NCBI GenBank assembly: GCA_043228905.1
Contig: JBHGNT010000002.1
Span: 10,974,001-11,038,000 of the forward strand
Origin: Azolla caroliniana
Taxonomy: Eukaryota > Plantae > Polypodiophyta
DNA: 64,000 bases
Reading direction: 5' to 3'
Shown: piece by piece, positions 34,629 to 46,930 of the stretch
How the letters are laid out: every line of letters starts with the position of its first letter
How positions within the stretch are numbered: the first letter of the stretch is position 1
Position numbers and translations under genes: made by a program
Notes under the pieces: generated by a model
The model's database searches: none
What the model was told of the DNA's origin: nothing
The model's input: the letters and a program-made list of their open reading frames with translations, nothing else

Positions 34629-37139
34629 CATATCCTTAGCAATGAGTATTGTTTTCAACTCATTGTCCCTATCTCCTTCTGCCAAATTTATTTCGTCCAA
34701 TGTTGAAGCTTGAACTCGTTAGGACACCTTCATTTCTCTATCGGTAGCTTCTTGCTGGAGTCGTATTTCCTTCATTGCTTGCTCATCTATTGGCAATTCC
34801 TCCTGGGAATCCACATATGGCGTCAAGGCTTGTAAAATATCTACTTTGACCAAAGGAATGATTTTTGGATTATCATCAAAATACTGATTTTCTTCGACCT
34901 TGTCTAATCCTTCCATCATATTGACGGACTCAACATACACAGGCAAACGCTGTTTGCTTGTCGCAATCTTGTTCTGTGTCGAAACCCGGATTTTTGTTTT
35001 GCCTTTTCTAAATGTTAGTTGATTCTGATTCAAATTCTACTTGATGTTAGCAGTCTTTAACCACGGTCGCCCTAATAACAAAGGATATGCACCAGGAGCT
35101 TCCAAATGAAGTATTACTACCGATATCAAAAAACTATGACCACCCAATACCACCTCTAATTGGCAGAGTAAACCAATTGGTCGTACCGTAGTGGTATCCG
35201 CCATTCTTAGCCAAAATGGGCAAGCTTCCCATTTAGTAATTCCCAACCTATCACAGGTCGTTTTATTAATGACATTCACTCTTAAGACCCCATCGATAAT
35301 CATATTTTCGATTTCCTAACCCTGAATTATTACTTTAATTGATGGATTTTGCTCATCCATTATTGAAGGGTTGGTGCTCGGTTGACTATAGTGTACCGAT
35401 ACTTGTTCTGACCCCTTTTGGGCAATCAATGTCGCCACTTTTTCGGTTAATCTAGGGACCAACTTAAGGAATCCGGTCAGTGGTAATGACACTTGGCAAT
35501 CTGCCAAGAGCTTCCAAGTTTCCTCTTGTTCTGGTACAACAATAACTCCTGGTAATTCAGTAGCTTGGTTAATTTCATTGTCTTGGAGCATCTAGTTTAC
35601 ATTATTTTTGTTTGCTTCCTCTACCCATTCCTTGGCTGCTTTCCAGACTGCTTCCAGAATCTCCCACTCGGATTGTTTACTTTTGCTTCAAGGGGTTACT
35701 TGCTGTATTTCCGGTATAACCATATTAACCGTCGGTCCTTTCCTTTAGCAGGACACTGATTAGCATAATGACTAGTTTGACGGCAAATATAGCAAGTAGG
35801 AACAAACGTTCCACTTCCCTCGCCTTGCTCAAACTTACTAGTCCCATCATTTTGCATAAACTGTTAACCATCATTCAGCGATTGCTGAAACTGTGTTGAG
35901 GCTTTCGGCTTGTAGAATTTTTTATTTTTATATTGGTTCTGCTTAAACCGTCCTCCATTTTACTGTTGTTGATGCATATTCGGTGCTACCGAGAATTCTT
36001 GATTTTGTTGAAAATCTTGATTATGCTGAAAATTACTTTGTTGAAAAGACTGATTGTTTTGTTTAAAAGTTGGATTTTACTGGATTTTATTTTGCTGAAA
36101 GGCTTTAATTTTTTGAAAATTATTTTGTTGACCTTGTGGAAAACTATTTTGTTGGTATCCATTATTGAACGAATTCTGGTTATTGTGGTACCCATTTTCT
36201 AGAAAAATTTGTTTTACCAGAGCCGTCGTCTTATTAAGCAGGTTATACTCACATTGCTCGACTAAGTTTAGAATGACATATTGTGCAATGTGTTCTCAAA
36301 CTACATTTGATCGTCGAATGACCGGTATTTAAATAAGTAGTACACTGAACTACTTGTCGAAATTGTAACTCCTCCATCGTTGGCAGTGTACGATTTAGTG
36401 CTGACATATCCATACTTCGTAGATTTATCAGTTGTCGGCCCATAGCGATTGCTTTATCAATCACTTGCTCGATATTTTGAATCCGGAAATCGAACACCTT
36501 CAGTGTTGTTCGTAATGGTTCACGAAATGCTTCAAGGAATACATCATTCAATTCATTGTCTGGAATAGGCCTAGAGATTTGAAGTTGCAAATTTTGAAAT
36601 TGGATCACGAATTGAGACACCGTTTCCTGCTGCTCCTGATACAACGCATAAAACTGCTCTATCAAATCTTTTTGAGGTATTTGATGATGAAATAATTGCA
36701 AAAATTTGTTGTTCAATTGTTCGAATGTTTCGAACCCACGAAGACCATTTTGCGCAAACCAATTAGCGGAATAACCCTCCAATGACAAAACGAACTCAAC
36801 AATTTTAGACTTATCTTCGGCTGCCACCGACAGTCTCTGAGCTCCATGATTAATCTCCCATCTTGTCAGGAAATCCCTCACATGCGCTTCTGCATCTGCT
36901 CACTCACGGAACTTCGAGTATGGATAAGGCATATTGTCCTCACTCTAGATATCGTAAAATGATACCTCTTCCGGCTGACTTTCGTTGGAAGACTGGCTAT
37001 CAGTTAAATCAGGAAGTACCGACCACCTTCTACTTGTTTCCGGCTGTAATCCCTGAGCCGATTATGTCTCTAGAATCTTCGTAACAGAACGCGTACGAGG
37101 ACATTTACAACCGACTGGTGTATTCGGACTAGACGACAT
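34629..37139 (-). pseudogene. gag: Gypsy J gag and protease
   Basis: Retrotransposon-gag-like ORF 36249-36881, zinc knuckles, Q/N-rich tract, IIDG..LLGRPWL protease. Confidence 0.85.
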
Positions 37140-39633
37140 CCATTCTTCTTGTTCTCTGCTATATGTAGATGTAACCGAGCGTGCCAAAATTATACTGTGT
37201 TGTTTGGTCGACAATTACTACTTTGCCGACACAGTATAAGACGAACGTTCGTACCGAATGTTCTATCAAGAAGTTGTGGTTAGACGAATAGATACTAATT
37301 ATCTGTAAACTTATCGGTGATAACAGACACTGAGATCGTGACTTATGTAATATAGTTTAGACAGAAAGAAATAGATGGCAGAAAAAACAATTCGTACATA
37401 GAGATTTCCTAACCAAACTTTATATTACTAAATACAACGATAGATTTTTAAAATGCCTTTGGTTCCTTTTGTAGGTAACCCAAAGGCCTTTTCTCATCAA
37501 GAAATCCTATTGCCTATAATTATCAAGAATTACAAAACTTCGTAACTAACTATGTCCTATTCGGCTATCTATTGAGTCATCGATCCGAACTATCGATCTG
37601 ACTCCGACTCCAACTCCGAACATCCTTCCGACTCTGACATATCTATACTTGTCCCGGTAACAGTTCTTCGTCTGCATTTCACGAAGCCGTGGGAAATTTA
37701 TATGGCCGAACCGCTTGTCCACAGGTCGATATCAGATTCGATTTTTTGTCCTTTCGCGTATAATGCGGTTCCGGCTTGATTAGTGTCAAGGATAAACATC
37801 CTCCCTTCATGGCGCCCTTGTGCAATTACTTTGCCTTCCTCTTCTATGAAGCAGCCGAGGTGCATGAATCGAACTTGCATACCTTGGTCGACGATCTAAC
37901 CGACCGACACCAAGTTCTTCATTATTGTTGGGACGTGCAACACATTCATAAGCTTCCCTTTCTGCCCGACGTGGCTGAGGGGAACTTCATCGACATGTTT
38001 GATGGTATGCGGGGTGTCATCTCCTGTTTCGACAACCCCTTGTGATTCCGGCTTCTCCAAGTATGAGAACCATTCCTCGTGACTCATCATATGATTTGAC
38101 GCTCCGGAATCGACATACCACACCTCGCTTGATTTCGAGGTGTTCACGGCCATTGAGTTGGCCTTATGCTTCATTACAAAGGCAGGGCCCGCTCCATCTC
38201 CGGCTCGTTCGGAGCCCTCAACGTAGTGCGATCTTTGACGCCTTCCCGCATCTCTTTCGCTCGATTCAGCTTTGTCCGATTCGGCTTGTTTCTTCCAGCA
38301 CTCACCTCCCTATGGCCTTTCTTGCCACAATACTAGCATTCCGGCGCGATCTTCTCTTGCCGTCTTCCGGCGGCGCCATGACTCCCCCTGCTTGCGGAGG
38401 GTTCGGAATTGCTTCCGTCATCTCGATTATGCCATACATTCTCCTCTTTTAGGCCACCTCCATTGCGCACCGATCCGCCTCATCCACCACGACCATGGGG
38501 CCTATCATCCTCCATGTAAAGCATCTTGTCATCGGCGTGCGCACTAGTCGATGCACCCGCGTGGTTTTCTTCTACGAGCAACATTGACTGAAGCTCAAAA
38601 AATGATGGCATAATCTCCCTCGTGCAGACCGCCGTTCGGAAAGGTCTGAACTTTGAAGCCAAGCCACCAAGACAAACCTGCACCATTTCATCTTCCTCGA
38701 CGTTCACGTTGACGGAGGTGAGAGAGTCGCAGATTTCTTTGATCTTGGTGGTGTAATCAGCCACCGACATATCTCTTTATCGTACATTGCTGAGCTCCTG
38801 TCTGAGCTGCAGCTTTCTGGCCGTTGTGCTAGCAGCGAAAATCCTTTTGAGATTCGCCCACGCATCCTTCGGCATCCCGAATATAGCTCAAAAGTTGATC
38901 GCTCACACAGGACACGAAGCAATACAACACTTTGTTTGCCACTTGTTCCCAAGCCAGATAGTACCTGTCTGTCAAGTCGGGTGCCACATCATTTGCTCCT
39001 TCGACATAACTCCAGTAGCCATGGTCGAGCAGGTACTGTTGCATCTTGTAAGACCAAGATGCGTAGTTGCTTCTGACAAGCTTTTCAGTCGGAAGTGAGC
39101 TTCCCATTCCTCTATCCATAGTACTATCTTTCTCTTCTTCGAGGGAGAACAACTTCAACTCTGTTTAGTCACAAACTTTTCTTGTCGGCTACAAAGGACT
39201 TCAACCCTCGCACTCTGATACCATGTAAAAGAATACGTTGTGCGGAAGCGTATGCGAAACACAGAGTACACAGTTCGAAGGAACAAGACAGTTCGGTAAA
39301 ACACAGAAGATGCAGAGAGGGAGATGGAGATGGAGAGACAAAGAGAGAGAGAGAGAATACACAGATACACAATTCAAAAATAATACTCAATCAGTACATA
39401 CACCATGCTCAATGAGCACCTTTTATACATGCCTTGACAATAGGGCTGACACAAGTACTGACAGTACTTGACCGCTCATAAATGAGCCTACTACACAAAC
39501 TCCCAAAATTATTCCCTTACGAGGAATATCTTTCTAACAGCCTCACGGTTTACGCACCGCTACGGGCTATTGTGCGCATGGTTTTATGCACCCAGTTTAC
39601 GCACTGGGTTATGCACCCAATTACGCATAGAAA

Positions 39634-41481
39634 GTATTACACGTTCCGACCATCACAAAGAACCTGGTGTCAGTTGGACAGATAGTCAACCAAGGGATGC
39701 AGGTGCGGTTTACACATCTCGGGTGCTTCATCGAGGAAGAGGACCAGATTATTGCGCAAGGGCGCAGAGACAGGAGGATGTTCATCCTCGACACCAATGA
39801 CGTAGACACCACTTTGGTCGCCAAAGGACAGAAGATTGTATCGGATATTGATCACTAGCACAAGTGGATCGGCCACATCAATTACCGAAGGCTTCAAGAC
39901 CTACAAACGAAACAAGTTGTTTTCGGTTTGCCGAAGTTCAGTGGCCGGAAGGCCCAGATATGTGAAGTCTGCCAAGTCGGGAAGCAAGATCAGCTTCCAT
40001 TCCCCACCGAACGAAACTGGAGCCATAACAAGCTCGACCTTATTCATTCGAATGTATGGGGACCAACACAAAATGTGAGTCTTGGTGAGAGTCGATATTT
40101 CGTCTCCTTCATTGACGACTACAGCCGGCATACATGGATCTACCTCATTAAGTGGAAGAGCGAAGTCTTTGAGTATTTCCGGAACCTACAAAGCCTTGTT
40201 GAACGGGAAACGAAGAGGAAGATCAAGTGCCTATGGTCGGATGGTGGAAAAGAATATTTTTCCAGCCAATTCAACAGTTATCTGCAACAAAAAGGAATTC
40301 GGAGAGAGTTCAGGTGCAGATACACACTGAAGCAAAACGGTGTGGCCGAAAGGAAGAACCGGTCGATTGTCAACACGGCAAGGGCAATGCTGGAGGAGAA
40401 GAGCATGCCCCATTTCTACTAGGCGGAGCTGGTCCGAACAGCCGTCTACATCCAAAACTGGATCGGTGACAAGGTGTCCTCACATGAGCTATATTTCGGG
40501 CGCAAGCCGAATTTGAGACACATTCGGATATTCGGTAGCATTGCATATGTGCATGTGCTGGATGAGAAGCGGAGGAAATTGGATGCAAAGTTGGAGAAAT
40601 GCATCCTGGTCAGTTAATCGCATGAGCAAAAGGGGTATAAATGCTATAACCCCCAGACGAAGCAAGCCTGAGTTTGCCAGGATGTTGAGTTTGATGAGAC
40701 GGCATCATGGTATGCCTTACCGACTCCGACTTCCGACACTGACCTGATACCGGAGGATGAGGCTAGTGAGCCTGAACCGATCCATATAGAAGATGAAGAC
40801 CTCGGCACTCATTTCGGTTGAGTGGACCGAATGAGCGGCTGAGTCAGGATGACCAGCCGGATGAGGAACCGGCGAGTAGTGGAGACTCTGTTTTGTTCTC
40901 CTCGCGCAAGGAACCGAGGAGACGGTTCACACGCAAAGTGAAGGGGAAGAAGAAGATGCCGGAGTACGAAACCGGAAATGTTGAGTCGGATCGGAGCGAA
41001 TCCGACTCCAGAAAGGATGAAGGTGGATCTTCGAGAATGCAGTCCGAACCGGCCAAGAAGGGCCCCAAACCGGGTAATGATAGATTACATTGGTCTTCCC
41101 GCTAGAAGAACCCTATGAAGTTGTACGGGTACAATGAGTACATGGTGCATCACTATGTGTACATGACCAAGGTGGCGGAAGTGTGTGAGCTGGAGAGCTA
41201 CGCAGAAGCGGCAAAGGACGCAAATTGGCATGCCGCTATGAAGGAAGAAATGCGGGCACTCGATGCCAACGACACATGGGACCTAGTTGACCCTCGCCGA
41301 CACTATAAACCGATCGGATGTAAGTGGGTGTACAAGGTAAAGTACAATGCCGATAGTTCGGTTAACCGGTACAAGGCCCGGTTAGTGGCGAAGGGATACG
41401 CGCAGACCCATGGAATCAACTACGACGAGACCTTTGCTCCAGTAGCGAAGATGACGAGACCTTTGCTCCGGTAGCGAAGAT
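39634..41481 (+). pseudogene. pol: Copia F integrase and start of RT
   Basis: [23 protein letters not shown]. Confidence 0.88.
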
Positions 41482-43095
41482 TACGTAACAGTTGCGTAGG
41501 ATGGGGTTTGCGTCGTCGAAATCAGACTCTTCTCTATTTGTTCAACAAGGACAATATGGACCGGTCAACCTGCTCTTGTACGTTGATGATTTAGTCATCG
41601 TTGGTGCTGACCTTGACGAAATCCACCGTGTGAAGTCTCAGCTTGCAGCATGGTTTGAAATGAAGGATCTTAGAGACCTTCATTACTTCCTCGGGATCGA
41701 AGTGATCCGTACCTCCGAAGGCATATTGATTAGCTAGCGTCATTATGCGCTGAATATGCTCTTCAGGTTCGGGATTGCAAACTATAATCCCAGATTCGGG
41801 CAAGGGGTGCGACCCATCTGGATAGAAATGTGAAGCTTCGCCCAGATTCGGGCAAGGCGTGCGACCCACCACGATTCCGATAGATTGTCGGGAGCCTTAT
41901 CTATTTGACGATTACTCGACCAGATCTTAGCTGCCCGGTCGGCTTAATCAGTCAATTCATGTCGCAACCTATGGCCGAACACTTTTAGTGCACGACACGG
42001 ATATTGGGTTATGTCAGCGGCACGAAAGACATGGCGTTGCTATATCGGGCAGGCATAGCCGAACAGTTAGTCGGCTACACGAATGCCAATTGGGCCGGAA
42101 ACACCCATGATCGTCGATCCACCTATGGACACACATTCTCATTGGGAAGTTTGCCGATCGCATGGAGCAGCAAGAAGCAGCCGACAGTAGCATTGTCGAG
42201 CACGGAGGCGGAATATCGAGGGTCGACTATCGCTACATGCGAAGTCATTTGGCTGAATTGGCTATTACAGGATCCGACGACGATCCATTGTAACAACCTT
42301 AGTAGTATCCACCATGCGAAGGACCCCATGTTCCACGCCTAGACCAAGCACATTGAGGTGCATTACCATTTTGTCCGCGAGCGGGTCCTTTCAGGAGAAG
42401 TCGAATTGGTGCATGTTTCAACTGATTGGCAGATTGCCAACATCTTCACAAAACCTCTTGGTCTCGACAAGTTACAGCATTTCTGGGGTGCGCTTGGGTT
42501 GCATCACCTCGACACACTGAACTTTAGGGGGCGAAAGCAAGACAAATAGGAACAAGAGCGTGAAAGGAGCGGAGGTAAGCATCATGGTCGAAGTGACCGA
42601 GATGCGGAATCGGATGGAGAATCTGACTTTGAACCGGCTGAAGAAGCCGAAAATGGAAGCAAGAGCAAGGGTCGTAAGCATAAGAAGGAGCTGAGGATAG
42701 CCGAATCAAGGGGAGATACAGCCAAGAAGGACGTAAAGGCTAAGACCAAGATGTGGTCTGATGTAGTCAAAGGTCTAAAGACAGGAGACGAATTGGAGAC
42801 AGCCAATTCGGATGAGGACGGAATTGAATTGGAAGTGTTTGATTCAATCGGTATGTTCAATTCGGATACACCGAATCAACTGAAGGCCATGCGGGAAAAA
42901 GGTCAGCGAAGGACACGCCAACACCATGACAACAAGGGAATTGAGAAGGGTTGGATGAGCAGACAAGCCGACCGTAAGGGTCAAGGCGTGCAGAATCGAA
43001 CGGGTCGAGGAGCACGAGTGAGGCGTGAAGCCAGAAGGAACCAGAGCGTAGATCCGGAACAGCAGACGGAACCTCAAGTCGAGCTTGAAGAAGAG
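41482..43095 (+). pseudogene. pol: Copia C RT C-half, RNase H and extension
   Basis: YVDDL, GYTNANWAG, HYHFVRE, WSDVVKGL...VELEEEC. Confidence 0.85.
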
Positions 43096-46000
43096 TGTTG
43101 AGAGACAAGCTCAACATTCGGTGCGTAATCGGGTGCGTAGCCCAGTGTGTAAATTGGGTGCGTAGAACCACGCGCACAATAGGCCATAGCGGTGCATAAA
43201 CTGCAAGGCTGTTGGAAAGATATTTCTCGAAAGGAATAATTTTGGGAGTGAGTGTAGCAGCTCATTTATGAGTGTCAAGTACTATCAGTACTTGTGTCAA
43301 CCCGATTGTCAAGGCTTGTATATAAGGTGCTCACTGAGCACAAAGTATGTACAGAACATAGAGTCATTATTTTGAATCTGAGTTTTTTCTTTTGTGTGCT
43401 CTCTCTCTCCATCTCTGCGTTTTCTGTGTTTTACCGAATTGTCTTATTCCTCCGAACTGTGTACTCTATGTTTACGCACACGCTTCAGCACAGTATTCTT
43501 TTACAATAACTATGTATTACATCCAACAATAACAAAGTTACAAAGGGTTGGTTTAAATACTAACTAAATTAGGAAAAGGGCCCCTTTCTACTATTTACAA
43601 AACTAGCCTAGTATGTCCATGAGCTAGTGTGAATCCTATTTCTATGGAAGTTGAGTTCGATTCTCAACATGCCCCTTCGAACACAACTTCCGGATATTGC
43701 AAACGGTTTCGGATCGGTCAAATCTTCGGAACGCTTTGAACTTCGATTGTTAGGCTTTTTGGTTGCGTACTCCTTGTTCGGCTTCGATCAATCGATCGGT
43801 TCAATCGGTTCACTGTTCTGTTGTACTCCCCCTCAAGCTTGGCTAGTCGGGAAGAGATAGACTAAGGTTCGACGCAAATTGCCACAGCTTGTCGATACCA
43901 AGGGCTTTCATGAAAATATCGGCTACTTGTAGGTGCGTACTAATATGTTGTAAATCGATATCTCCGGCCTATACGTGCTCGCGGATGAAATGATAGTGCA
44001 CTTCAATGTGCTTAGTCCGCGCGTGGAATACGGGGTTCTGCACCAGGTAGATATTGCTCATGTCGTTGCAGTATAGAACAGTTGGATCTTTGATGAGTAC
44101 ACCCAACTCCTTCAGTATATGCTTGAGCCGATACGGCTTCGCATGCGGCGACTGTTGCGTCCCTGTATTCAGTTTTTGTGCTCGACTATGCGACTATCAA
44201 ATGCTTCTTACTGCTCTAGGAGATCGCTCAGCTATCAAGAGAGAAGACAGATCCGGATGTGGATCATCTATCTGCTTTGTATCCTGCCCAGTCTGCATCT
44301 GTGTACCCTTCGAGTTGAATAATCGTATTCGACTTATACATGGTACCGTAGTCCATCGTCGTGCTGACATACCAAAGTATCCACTTAGCACAATCCAGAT
44401 GAAGATTTCGCGGAGTTTGCATAAATTGATTAAGCAGGCCGACCGAATAGTTGAGGTCAGCTCTCGTGATGGTTAGATAAATTAAGCTACCGACCAGTTG
44501 ACGATACTGAGTCGGCTCGCTCTCAGTCGTGTCGGAGTTAGCATTGATCTTGAAATTACGATCGAGAGGGGTAGACACAAGTTTGCACTCCATCATTCCG
44601 AACTTGTAGAGTAAGTTGAGAACGTAGTGCTATTGTGATATCATTATTCCGACTGGTGTTCGAATTACTTCAATGCCTAGGAAGTAATGGAGCTCATGCA
44701 TGTCTTTCATTTCGAATCTGCCGGAAAGAAGTGATTTGACCTTGTTAATCTCGGCTAGATCTTTTCCTCCGATGACCAAATCATCCACGTAAAGGATGAT
44801 GACAATCGGGCTATCCGACTCATTTCAGATGTACAGAGAAGTATCGGATTTTGACATTCAAAATCCGATCTGATGAAGATACTACGTAATCTTCAAGTGC
44901 CATGCACGTGGTGCTTGTTTGAGACCGTAAAGTGGTTTCTTAAGTTGAGATATGGCGTGTGGATAGTTACACGATTCAAATCTGGGTGGTTGAATCATAT
45001 ACACTTCCTCTTCTAATTCTCCTTCGAGGAAGGCATTTTTCACGTCCATCTGGTGGAGGTGCCACCCTTTCACAGCTACCAGGGCTATTACCATTTGTAC
45101 AGTGGTCATCTTTGCCACTGGGGCAAAGGTCCCTTCGTAGTCCACGGCGTGGGTTTGTGCGTATCCTTTCACAACAAGACGTGCTTTGAAGCGATTTACA
45201 GAGCCGCCGGCATTGTGCTTCACCTTGTAAATCCATCTGCAACCAATTGCTTTCTTGTTCGGCTGGTGAGGAACGAGATCCCATGTCTCGTTTGTGCTTA
45301 ACGCTTCGATTTCCTCATGCATCGTGTTGACCCATCGTGGATCCTTTATGGTTTCGAAAAGCATTTCGAGCTCCCGTACTATTGCTACCTTCATCATAAA
45401 GGGGTAATGATACGCCATGTACTGATTGTAGCTATAACCGCTTATGGGGTTCTTCTCTCGAGTGGACCGGCGTAGCTTTTCGTTTGCGGATTCTAAAGCT
45501 TTCTTCACGCTGTCTGTCTGGATGTGAAGCCCTTCGAACTCACTATCAAGGGAGTGAGTTGTTTCAAATTTGAACTGTTCTTCGAATTCCCTCATTTTCA
45601 CCTTCCCTTTGTCCAGCTTTGGACTCGGCCGAGATATGCTTTGATCGCTTGGCCGCTCTGACGGCCCACTCAGTCGTGTCGTAATTGGACTCTCAAACAT
45701 GCGCATAACTGGATCTTCGGCTTCTGCCTCTATTTCGGCATATATCGGAGTCGGAGTCGAAGTTGTGTCTGGTGCATACCAGGATATGAACTCATCGAAA
45801 ATGACATCTTGACTTGTTCGAACTTTTCGAGTAGATGGATTGTAGCATTTGTACCCCTTCTGTTCGAGCGAGTACCCCACGAGGATACATTTCTCTGACT
45901 TTGGGTCGAGCTTTTATCGCGTACTGTCGGGAATATGCACGTAAGCGATTGCGCCGAAAATGCGGACATGTGATAAGCCCGGCGTCTTTCCAAGGAACTT

Positions 46001-46930
46001 CTCATGAGGAGTTACGTCGTGTACTCCCGAGGTTGTGCACATATTCATGAGGTATACGGCTGTGTTTGCCGCTTCTGTCCAATATGATTTCGGAGATTCT
46101 TCTCATTCATCATAGCCCGAGCGATTTCTACTATGTGTCGGTTTTTACACTTAGCTACGCCGTTCTGCTCAGGTGTCTGACGGCATCAGAATTCTTGTCA
46201 GATTCCTTCCTTTCGGAGATACGCCATAAACTCATCCAAAAAGTATTCTTTGCCTCCATCCGATCGAAGGAAGTGTACATGCCAACCCGTAGCTTTTTCG
46301 ACTTCGGCTTTGAACCTCTAGAAGTGTCCAAACACTTTGCTCTTCTATCTCATCGGGTAGATCCAGGTGTTCCTGGAGAAGTCATCGATGAATGTGAGAT
46401 AGTGCCGGCAACCGCCGGATGTAGTTGTTTGGGCTGGTCCCCACACATCTAAATGTACAACATCTAGGATTCCTTTGCTCACATTCTGCTGTTTTGGGAA
46501 TGGGTGATGGCCTTGCTTTCCGAATTGGCATTCTTCGCATACGCCTGTAATCTCCTTCGTCATAAAGCTTAGGAGTCCAATTACAACTACTTTCAATTTC
46601 ATGTTCGGAAGTTTTTGGAGATTGATGTAGCCGATTCTTTTGTGCCAGAAATTTAAGTCCGTTTCGATTTTGAGGCCCTTTGCGAACATTGTTGACTTTA
46701 CCTCGTTTGACTCGAGGATAAACATACGACCTTCTCATCGACTGTGAGCTATGACTTGATCGCCTGTTTCGATGAAGCACCCGTCATTGTTGAATCGTAC
46801 TTGCATTCCTTGTTCGACAATCTAGTCGACTGAGACCAAGTTTTTCGTGATGGTGGGAACATGCACTACATTCTTTAGGTAGGTTTGTTTGTCGTTGTTT
46901 CTGAATGGGACATTCCTGATATGCTGTATT

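Larger units (their letters stand above)
23444..37662 (-). mobile_element. Gypsy J (non-chromovirus, Tat-like layout with a 3' extra ORF)
   Basis: LTRs 23444-23890 and 37198-37662; TSD GTTCT; gag, PR, RT, RH, INT order on the minus strand. Confidence 0.95.
17510..39633 (-). mobile_element. Copia G, hosting H, I and J
   Basis: 3' LTR 17510-17935 with adjacent PPT; 5' LTR 39224-~39633 (outer end and TSD deleted); PBS 39212-39223; copia motifs at 17936-23443 and 37663-39119. Confidence 0.9.
15842..41481 (+). mobile_element. Copia F, 3'-deleted (own sequence 15842-17509 and 39634-41481)
   Basis: 5' LTR 15842-16249 resembles the E LTR; degenerate PBS TCGTATTAGAGC; GKLMN|VLHVPT continuity across G; no 3' LTR. 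Confidence 0.82.
11319..43505 (+). mobile_element. Copia LTR retrotransposon C (own sequence 11319-15841 and ~41482-43505)
   Basis: Matching 410-bp LTRs 11319-11728 and 43096-43505; PBS 11729-11740; TSD ATAAC. Confidence 0.92.

Noticed and set aside
23444-37662. J as a plus-strand element with antisense gag-pol
   Set aside because: The LTR TATA (CCTATAAAAGG near 23720) and all ORFs are on the minus strand, and no plus-strand PPT precedes 37198.
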